Source of the DNA: an uncultured virus (IMG/VR IMGVR_UViG_3300047160_035018)
Lineage: Duplodnaviria > Heunggongvirae > Uroviricota > Caudoviricetes
Length of the DNA stretch: 64,000 bases
Direction: 5' to 3' (one strand)
IMG/VR virus record: IMGVR_UViG_3300047160_035018
The notes under the pieces were generated by a model. The model was not told where the DNA came from. It ran no database searches and saw nothing but the letters and a program-made list of their open reading frames with translations. A program made the position numbers and the translations under genes. Below are positions 1 to 6,955 of this stretch, in pieces; the stretch's first letter is position 1; every line of letters starts with the position of its first letter.

Positions 1-156
1 GCGGGCGAGCGGTAGAGACGCGGCTTCCCTGGACGACCTCTGCGCGGGCGAGCGGCGCCCGCGACGACCGGCTGAACGCATACGGCCCCTCGCGGGCGAC
101 ATGATATTAGGCGCATCCCGTCATGTCCTGGGCCTTCTCTTGACATCGATAGGTAC

Positions 157-185
157 TTGACAGGCATGTCAGGTAGGCTGATAGT
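157..185 (+). promoter_or_regulatory. Putative sigma70-type promoter with overlapping palindromic operator
   Basis: TTGACA (157-162), 17 bp spacer, GATAGT (180-185); TGACA-GGCA-TGTCA inverted repeat at 158-171; a second TTGACA at 140-145. Confidence 0.5.
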
Positions 186-201
186 CCATGGGGAGGTCGG
201 A

Positions 202-729
202 TTGAATACGTCAGTTGACAGCGGCGCCCGGTCTCCTTGGCGTCTCTCATGGCGCGCCGACCCCGTGGGCCGCGTGCTCGCCGACCGGCACTACAACCGC
301 CAGGCGGTCGGCGCGGACCAGTTCGTCCCGCCCGGCCGCTGCCTCGTCCTGGTGACGCCCGCGGCGGACGCCCTCTGGATCACGAGTTGGCCGTTCGCGG
401 AGTACGTCAAGCACCGCTGGGCCGGAGCGTGGATCTGCTCGTGCTTCCGTCGTGAAGGGGGGGGGCGTGCTTCCGATCTCATCCGCGCCGCCGTCGCCGC
501 CACCCGGTGGAGATGGCAGCCACCGGCATTGGGAATGGTGACGTTCGTGAACGCTGAGAAGGTGCGCCACAAGCGAGACCCCGGACGGTGCTTCGTGCGC
601 GCCGGTTTCGAGCCCGACGGCGAGACCGAGGGAGGCCTGCTCGCCTTCCGCATGCGGCCCGAGGCGATGCCGGCGCCGGTCATGCCGATCGGAGGCATGC
701 GTGACCTCTTCGCGGAGCTTCGGCCATGA
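202..729 (+). CDS. Phage hypothetical protein, possibly GNAT/Mom-like
   Basis: TTG start after GGAGG; LADRHYNRQ, PPGRCLVL, GMVTFV, PGRCF..AGF motifs; in-frame G9 tract at 457-465; fold call tentative. Confidence 0.55.
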   Translation: MNTSVDSGARSPWRLSWRADPVGRVLADRHYNRQAVGADQFVPPGRCLVLVTPAADALWITSWPFAEYVKHRWAGAWICSCFRREGGGRASDLIRAAVAATRWRWQPPALGMVTFVNAEKVRHKRDPGRCFVRAGFEPDGETEGGLLAFRMRPEAMPAPVMPIGGMRDLFAELRP

Positions 730-1073
730 CCTCTGCGTCGGCGAGCTCGTGCCCGACCTGCTCCGGCCACGCGCCGTCGCGTCGCAAGTGGGGTGGCGTG
801 TGCTACCGCTGCTTCGTCCGCGCCGAACGGGCGAAGATCCTCACGCTCACGCTCACACCCCCATCGAACACGCAGAAGGGCGACCTCGTGGTCGTCGTCA
901 CGGACGCGACTGGCCCGCTGAAGGGCGGTGGCCAGAGGTGGACGCGCGGCATCGGTCACTACTGGTGCATCTTCAGCGGACGCTGGATAGGCAGGCCGTC
1001 AGCTCGACTCTTGCCGGCGGAGACTCACGGGCAGATCTTGCTGCACGTCTACCGCTCGGAGGTTCCACAATGA
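726..1073 (+). CDS. Hypothetical protein with N-terminal CxxC...CxxC
   Basis: ATGA-coupled to both neighbours; CPTC/CYRC. Confidence 0.55.
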   Translation: MTSASASSCPTCSGHAPSRRKWGGVCYRCFVRAERAKILTLTLTPPSNTQKGDLVVVVTDATGPLKGGGQRWTRGIGHYWCIFSGRWIGRPSARLLPAETHGQILLHVYRSEVPQ

Positions 1074-1447
1074 AAGCACTCACCCTCTGGCAGCCCTACG
1101 CCTCGGCGATCGCGCTCGGCAAGAAGCGCATCGAAACTCGCTCATGGCGAACGAGTTACCGCGGAGAGATTGCGATCCACGCTGCCGCACGACGAGGTCC
1201 CCTCGATCATGATCTTGTCTCCCTGCTTAACGGTGCCAACATGCCGTTCGGCGCCATCGTCGCCGTCGCGCGCCTCGTCGGCATCGAGGCCGCCGCCTAT
1301 ATGTTGCCGAGCACTGACGAGGCACAGTGGGGGGACTTCTCCCCGGGCCGCTACGGCTGGATTCTGGAGGACATCAGGCCATTCGGACCACATCCGGTGA
1401 AAGGCGGCCGCGGACTCTGGGACTGGCCAACGGAACGTGCCCCGTGA
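1070..1447 (+). CDS. ASCH domain protein
   Basis: MKALTLWQPYASAIALGKKRIETRSW..YRGEIAIHAA signature; C-terminal PVKGGRGLW. Confidence 0.9.
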   Translation: MKALTLWQPYASAIALGKKRIETRSWRTSYRGEIAIHAAARRGPLDHDLVSLLNGANMPFGAIVAVARLVGIEAAAYMLPSTDEAQWGDFSPGRYGWILEDIRPFGPHPVKGGRGLWDWPTERAP

Positions 1448-2178
1448 CGCCCCTCGTCCTCTCGCTGTTCCCCGGCATCGGCCTTCTCGACATGGCCTTC
1501 GAGGAGGAGGGCTTCTGCGTCGTGCGCGGCCCTGATCTCCTCTGGGGCGGCGACATCAAGCGCTTCCATCCGCCGGCGGGCAAGTTCGACGGCGTGATCG
1601 GCGGACCGCCGTGCCAGGCGTTCTCGAGGCTCCGGCATCTCGTCGAGCACAACGGGTACAAGGTGGCCGAGAACCTCATCCCCGAGTTTGAGCGCGTCGT
1701 GGCCCAGGCTGCGCCATCGTGGTTCCTCATGGAGAACGTGCCGGCCGCGCCCGAACCATCGGTGGCCGGCTACACGCGCACGAGCTCGATGTGGAACAAC
1801 CGATGGACGGGCGCCGCACAGAACCGCGCCCGACGCTTCACGTTCGGCAGCGTGGGCGACGAGGTGCAATCCTTCGACCTCGCGCCCGAGGACGTTCTCC
1901 TCGAGTCCGTCCACTGGGAGCCGGCGGTTCTCGCCAGTGGTGGCTCGCGCGGTGAGCCCGTCGCCATCGGTGGCAGCGGCCGGCGCAAGACGCGCGCCGC
2001 GGAGCTCGGCTACAAGACGCGCACGTATGCTGCTGCTGCTGCACAGGGCTTGCCAACCGACTTCGATCTGCCGCCCTTCACGACGGCCGGGAAGATCAAG
2101 GCCATCGGCAACGGCGTCCCCTTGCCGATGGGCCGAGCGGTCGCCCGCGCGGTCAAGCGGGCGCTGGGGATGGCATGA
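1444..2178 (+). CDS. DNA cytosine-5 methyltransferase (short), copy 1
   Basis: SLFPGIG (motif I), GGPPCQ (IV), MENV (VI), QNRARRF (VIII), IGNGV (X). Confidence 0.9.
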   Translation: MTPLVLSLFPGIGLLDMAFEEEGFCVVRGPDLLWGGDIKRFHPPAGKFDGVIGGPPCQAFSRLRHLVEHNGYKVAENLIPEFERVVAQAAPSWFLMENVPAAPEPSVAGYTRTSSMWNNRWTGAAQNRARRFTFGSVGDEVQSFDLAPEDVLLESVHWEPAVLASGGSRGEPVAIGGSGRRKTRAAELGYKTRTYAAAAAQGLPTDFDLPPFTTAGKIKAIGNGVPLPMGRAVARAVKRALGMA

Positions 2179-2726
2179 CCGACCTCACCGTCAAGCTCGC
2201 TGGCCGCCGCGTCGTCGCCTCTGTCTCCGGCGGCAAGGACAGCGCCGCCATGTCGTTCTGGCTCACCGAACAGGGCATCGAACACGACCGCGTGTTTTGC
2301 GACACCGGGTGGGAACACACCAAGACCTACGACTACCTGCGCGGCGAGTTGACCAGCGTCATCGGCCCGATCGTCGAGATTCGCGGCGACCTGCTCATGC
2401 CCGACCTCGTGCGCAAGAAGGGCATGTTTCCGTCGCGGACACGGCGCTTCTGTACCGAGGAGCTGAAGAGCTCGAAGTCGAGGTCGCTGACGTGGCCATC
2501 GCGCGCCACGCGGCCCGCGGTGAGACGCTCGAGAGCGCCGGCCACAACCGCCCGACGTTTTTCCAGGCAATGGGCGCTCTGCGCACCGACGGCGGGAAGG
2601 ATGGACGGTGCGTTCCCGTCGATGACGTGGTGGCATGGGCCCGCTAGGCAGTACGAGATGTTCGCCGCGCCCGAGGAGGCCGGCTGCATGCGCTGGGGTC
2701 TCTGCGAGACCAAGGGTGACGAGTGA
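2175..2726 (+). pseudogene. PAPS-reductase-family gene, internally deleted/frameshifted
   Basis: SVSGGKDS, FCDTGWEH, RFCTEELK then abrupt loss of similarity at ~2470; plausible C-terminal pieces (PTFFQA..PVDDVVAWAR; GCMRWGLCE) lie in different frames. Confidence 0.7.
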
Positions 2727-2967
2727 CCCTCTGCCGCGCGGTCACGCGGGCGCTGGGGCTCGACGTGGAGCCGACATAGTGCCTAAGGTCGGCGAGGACG
2801 ACGGGACCGGGCGCGGCCCTTGGCGCTGGTGCGAGGGCGGCTGTGGCGTCTGGGTCGTGCGAGGCAACGCCATGTTGTGTCCTCACTGCGAGCAGAGGAA
2901 GGCTGCAGGTCTGGAGAGCATCAAGGAGGCTCACCTCAGGCTCATCAGGAAGTCCCGTGCCCCGTAG
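2716..2967 (+). CDS. Small Zn-finger-like hypothetical protein
   Basis: GTG start; CEGGC...CPHC. Confidence 0.5.
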   Translation: MTSDPLPRGHAGAGARRGADIVPKVGEDDGTGRGPWRWCEGGCGVWVVRGNAMLCPHCEQRKAAGLESIKEAHLRLIRKSRAP

Positions 2968-4084
2968 ACCATCGCGCCCGTCCCACTGCTCCGCGTGCGG
3001 CGCAGGCCCGCTCCGCACGTGCAAGCTCATCACGCCCCAGGGCGAGCGCTACCTCTGCCGCCTGTGCCTCAAGCGCTGGCCCGCCATCCAGACCGGCAAG
3101 ACCACCCCCGCGCCGCCGCGCCATCTCGGAGCTCCACCGCCGGCGCCGCGGCAACGTCAACCTCTGCGCGGACGAGCACGGTCCACGACATCACGGTCCG
3201 CGACATCTCGCACGCTTGGGCCAAGGACGGCGCTCCACGAGGCCATCACCCTCGGGCAGAAGCGGCCCGTGACCAAGCGCAACTACCTCAGTGCCGTCAC
3301 GAGCTACGTCAGGTTCGCCGGCGCCGACCCGGCCGGATGGACCGGCTACAGCGTCGAGGCCTGGCGCAACCAGCTCCCCGTCTCGCCGCGCTCGCGGAAC
3401 ACGAAGCTCCTCGGGCTCAAGTACGCCTCGAAGCGCCAAGCCGCGCTGGGCTGGGGCCCGGACTTCGCGGCCGGGGTCGAGTCCCTCTCCGCGCCGCTCG
3501 AGACCCACCGGCGCCCGCACAGCCCGGAGGAGGCCGCCCGGCTCATCGGAGCATGCAAGGATGGCACGCCCGCCGGCCTGCGGGACACCGCGATCCTCGT
3601 CATCGGCTTCCGGACCGGGCTCCGCCGGGAGGGGCTCTCGAACCTCCGGTTCGAGGACCTCGGGCCCGGCCGGAGGATGCGCGTGGTCCTGAAGGGGGGC
3701 CGCCGGCACGAGATCCGGGCGCTCGACGACGAGGTGATGGTCGCCATCGCGGCGTGGACGAGCTGGCTGGATGGCCACGGGATCCGGAGCGGGCCGGTCT
3801 TCCGGTCGCTGAAGGGCGGTTTCGGCGGCGTGGCCATCGGGAGGCACCGACTCGCGCCGTCGACGCTGAACGAGGTCCTCGGCCGCCGAGCTCGGGCCGC
3901 CGGTATCGCCGGCTTCCATCCTCACCGGATGCGGCACTCGTTCATCTCGTGGGCCGTGGCCGCCGGCGTCCCGGACCGGCGCATCATGGCCGTGACCGGC
4001 CAGACCGATGTGCGGATCCTCGCCACCTACCACACCGACGTCATCGAGGAGCCGGTGGGGTCGTTCCTGCCGAGGCTGACATGA
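2957..4084 (+). CDS. Tyrosine recombinase/integrase with N-terminal Zn-finger-like extension
   Basis: RDTAIL..GFRTGLRREGL (catalytic R), LKGG (K), HPHRMRHSF (HxxR), TGQ in place of LGH, ATY (Tyr); start uncertain (GTG 2957 after AGGA). Confidence 0.88.
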   Translation: MPRRPSRPSHCSACGAGPLRTCKLITPQGERYLCRLCLKRWPAIQTGKTTPAPPRHLGAPPPAPRQRQPLRGRARSTTSRSATSRTLGPRTALHEAITLGQKRPVTKRNYLSAVTSYVRFAGADPAGWTGYSVEAWRNQLPVSPRSRNTKLLGLKYASKRQAALGWGPDFAAGVESLSAPLETHRRPHSPEEAARLIGACKDGTPAGLRDTAILVIGFRTGLRREGLSNLRFEDLGPGRRMRVVLKGGRRHEIRALDDEVMVAIAAWTSWLDGHGIRSGPVFRSLKGGFGGVAIGRHRLAPSTLNEVLGRRARAAGIAGFHPHRMRHSFISWAVAAGVPDRRIMAVTGQTDVRILATYHTDVIEEPVGSFLPRLT

Positions 4085-4581
4085 CGACGCCGAAGCCCGC
4101 CGCGCTCGAATGGCGCACGCTGCCCGCGCGCACGTTCTGGCGCGGCATGACGCTGGCCGGGCGGTACACGATCTACCACATGGAGGGCCGCGACTACGAC
4201 AAAAGGGACGACGACCGCGGCTTCTTGCTCGAGTTCGATCCAGCCGGGCTCGACAGACGTCTCGGTCTGTATCGCAGCCTCGATGACGCCAAGGCAGCGG
4301 CCGAAAGACACGCACGATCGAAGGCCGCCACCGCGGAGCGTTGCAAGGCGAGCGTCCACGTCATGGGCACGTGCGGGCGAATCCGACCGTGCTTGGACCA
4401 CGACAAGGCTCGGTGCGATGGGCTCCCCGGGCGCCCGTGCGGTCGCGTCGGCGTGGTGTCCGAGGTCATCGATCGCGGTGGGCCAGTGGTTCTCGCATGG
4501 GTCATCCCACACGGCCAGTGGCGCAAGCGTCGCCACCGGAAACTCTGCCGGTCCTGTGAGATGGACCGGCGCCGAGGCTGA
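4081..4581 (+). CDS. Hypothetical Cys-rich protein
   Basis: ATG overlapping integrase stop; ends 1 nt before next ATG. Confidence 0.55.
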   Translation: MTTPKPAALEWRTLPARTFWRGMTLAGRYTIYHMEGRDYDKRDDDRGFLLEFDPAGLDRRLGLYRSLDDAKAAAERHARSKAATAERCKASVHVMGTCGRIRPCLDHDKARCDGLPGRPCGRVGVVSEVIDRGGPVVLAWVIPHGQWRKRRHRKLCRSCEMDRRRG

Positions 4582-4582
4582 C

Positions 4583-5341
4583 ATGACGCAACTCGTCCTC
4601 TCGCTGTTCCCGGGCATCGGCCTCTTGGACATGGCCTTCGAGGAGGAGGGCTTCTGCGTCGTGCGCGGCCCGGACTTGCTCTGGGGCGGCGACATCAAGC
4701 GGTTCCACCCGCCGGCGGGGCGGTTCGACGGTGTGATCGGCGGGCCGCCGTGCCAGGCATTCTCGAGGCTGCGGCATCTCGTCGAGCACAACGGGTACAA
4801 GGTGGCTGCGAATCTGATCCCGGAGTTCGAGCGGGTCGTCGGTGAGTCGGTGGCACGCTGGTTCTTGATGGAGAACGTCCCGGCGGCACCCGAGCCATCG
4901 GTGCCGGGGTACACCAGAACGAGCCGCACCTTCAACAACCGATGGACCGGAGCTGCGCAGCATCGCATGCGCCGTTTCACGTTCGGAAGTCGCGACCACG
5001 TGCAGTTGTTCGACCTGGCACCCGAGGACGCACTCCTCGAGTCCGCAACGTGGGAACCCGCGGTGCTCGCCTCAGGAGGCCAGCGCGGTGAGCCGGTCGC
5101 CATCGGCGGCTCGGGCAAGCGCAAGGTCAAGGCTAAGCACCTCGGCTACAAGACCCGCACGTATGCTGCTGCTGCTGCTGCTGCACAGGGCTTGCCAACT
5201 GACTTCGATCTGCCCCCGTTCACGACGGCCGGGAAGATCAAGGCCATCGGCAACGGCGTCCCACTGCCGATGGGCCGCGCCGTCGCCCGCGCGGTCAAGA
5301 GGGCACTTGGTCTGACCGTCGAAAGGAGCACCACACCATGA
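4583..5341 (+). CDS. DNA cytosine-5 methyltransferase (short), copy 2
   Basis: Same motifs and near-identical sequence to 1444-2178. Confidence 0.9.
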   Translation: MTQLVLSLFPGIGLLDMAFEEEGFCVVRGPDLLWGGDIKRFHPPAGRFDGVIGGPPCQAFSRLRHLVEHNGYKVAANLIPEFERVVGESVARWFLMENVPAAPEPSVPGYTRTSRTFNNRWTGAAQHRMRRFTFGSRDHVQLFDLAPEDALLESATWEPAVLASGGQRGEPVAIGGSGKRKVKAKHLGYKTRTYAAAAAAAQGLPTDFDLPPFTTAGKIKAIGNGVPLPMGRAVARAVKRALGLTVERSTTP

Positions 5342-5556
5342 AGCTCTATACAGCAGACATCATCTGGCGCAGGGGAGCGAATGTTCGGGAACTCGTCGCC
5401 AAGCTTCTCGTCGAGCCGTGCCCCAAGTGTGCCGCGCCCACCGCGAAGTCGAAGAACCCGGCCGGAGAGCTCGACATCGTGTGCTCCAAGGCCTGCGGCT
5501 GGTTCTTCCCCGTCGACACAGGGCCGTTCCCCATCTCCGGACGGAGGGTCGACTGA
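5338..5556 (+). CDS. Small Zn-ribbon protein
   Basis: AAGGAG RBS; CPKC...CSKAC. Confidence 0.7.
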   Translation: MKLYTADIIWRRGANVRELVAKLLVEPCPKCAAPTAKSKNPAGELDIVCSKACGWFFPVDTGPFPISGRRVD

Positions 5557-5598
5557 TGCCTTTCACCGTCTGACGTTCGTCGAAAGGAGCCCCACACC

Positions 5599-5841
5599 AT
5601 GAAGCCAAGTCTGGGCCAGATCGTTTACTATACAGCCCCAGGAGACAGTGAGGGCCGCGGTGCCGGCGAGGTCTCCGTCGGCATCATCACGCGCGTCAAC
5701 GACGACGGCACCGTCGGTCTACACCTGCTCAATACCTTCAGTGTGGCGGCGGAGGAGAAGGCCTTGCTGCACTTCCTGCCGGCAGTTCGGCAGTCCACGG
5801 CCGTCGCAGGGAGCGACGCCGCGCGTGGATGCTGGTGGTGA
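5599..5841 (+). CDS. Small phage hypothetical protein (PSLGQIVYY...GIITRV type)
   Basis: AAGGAG RBS in repeat; loosely resembles 60458-60730. Confidence 0.75.
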   Translation: MKPSLGQIVYYTAPGDSEGRGAGEVSVGIITRVNDDGTVGLHLLNTFSVAAEEKALLHFLPAVRQSTAVAGSDAARGCWW

Positions 5842-5906
5842 GGTGAGCTACGTGGGTCGACTGATGCCTTTCACCGTCTGACGTCCGTCGAAAGGAGCCC
5901 CACACC

Positions 5907-6128
5907 ATGAATTTCGCAGACACCGGTCTCACGATCCTCGGGCTGCCCCCTCGCCCATGTCGAGTCGGCGATCGCGTCGTCTGCGTCGCCAGCGGTGCTC
6001 GCTACCTCGCCTACTTCATGCCCGCGGGCGGGCCGACCACGCGCCAGCGCCGGAGCCGACGCTGGCGTAGGGCACGGCGCTGCCCGCGGTACGCCACCGC
6101 CTACGTGGGCCCAAACGACGGAGGATGA
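5907..6128 (+). CDS. Small basic hypothetical protein
   Basis: RBS + ATG supplied by repeat element. Confidence 0.6.
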   Translation: MNFADTGLTILGLPPRPCRVGDRVVCVASGARYLAYFMPAGGPTTRQRRSRRWRRARRCPRYATAYVGPNDGG

Positions 6129-6334
6129 CGATGATGGAACACCCGAAGATCACCGCGTACCGACAGCACCAGGATGGCTTGCAGGCGCTCATCACCGCGC
6201 ATCAGCAGCCGTTCGTCGATCTGCTCCGTGAATGGCTGGCCGTTCCGTACTTCGAGACTCGCGCCGAGTACGACGCATGGGCGACGGAGTTCCGCCGTCG
6301 CATAGAGGCCGAGTTGTTTCTACTCAAGAAATGA
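6125..6334 (+). CDS. Small hypothetical protein
   Basis: GGAGG RBS, ATGA coupling on both sides. Confidence 0.65.
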   Translation: MTMMEHPKITAYRQHQDGLQALITAHQQPFVDLLREWLAVPYFETRAEYDAWATEFRRRIEAELFLLKK

Positions 6335-6949
6335 TGGTCTACGTCGGGCAGACTCGCTCGTCCAAGCTCATCGAGGAGTTGCGCACACTCGGATGGGGAG
6401 AATGCACGTGCCGTGGCGAGTATCCGCCCCGGCGCGTGCCGTGGTTCCTGGACAATGGGGCGTTCGGCGACTGGCGCGCTGGGCGAGCGTTTGATGTGTC
6501 CGCATTCGACCGTGACCTCGCGGCGGCGGCCGCGTCGGCTGTCCGGCCAGATTTCATCGTGGCGCCGGACATCGTGGCGGGGGGGGGGCCGGTCCTTGGA
6601 CCTCTCTCTGCGTTGGCGCGCCACCGTTGTGGCCGTCGCCCCGGCGTACCTGGCCGTGCAGGATGGGATGAGCGAAGCGGCGGTCATCGAGGCATCGGCC
6701 GGCTTCGCTGGACTGTTCGTGGGTGGCACTCTACCTTGGAAGATCAGGACAGCAGCGGCCTGGTCCCGGCTGGCGACCACCGCCGGAATGGGATGCCACA
6801 TCGGGCGCGTGGGCACGGCAAAGCGTGTCGCGTGGGCTCGCCGACTCGGCGCGTCGTCGATCGATTCAACGTTGCCACTCTGGTCACGGGAGAATCTGCG
6901 GAGGTTCCGCCAAGCACTCGAGAGCCGGCAGACGGATATGGGGTGGTGA
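6331..6949 (+). pseudogene. TGT/DpdA-like (queuine tRNA-ribosyltransferase fold) gene frameshifted at a G10 tract
   Basis: FLDNGAF and APDIV in one frame; LAVQDG, LFVGG, HIGRV, SIDST in another; G10 at 6579-6588, G9 restores one ORF. Confidence 0.72.
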
Positions 6950-6955
6950 GGTGAG

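Larger units (their letters stand above)
5310..5911 (+). repeat. Repeated gene-leader element (3 copies) ending in RBS + ATG
   Basis: GGGTCGACTGATGCCTTTCACCGTCTGACGT(T/C)CGTCGAAAGGAGCCCCACACCATGAA at 5546-5603 and 5854-5911 (1 mismatch); partial copy at 5310-5343. Confidence 0.92.

Noticed and set aside
5310..5911. Repeat-spacer pattern as a CRISPR array
   Set aside because: Repeats are ~58 bp with ~250-bp coding spacers, only three copies, and no cas genes
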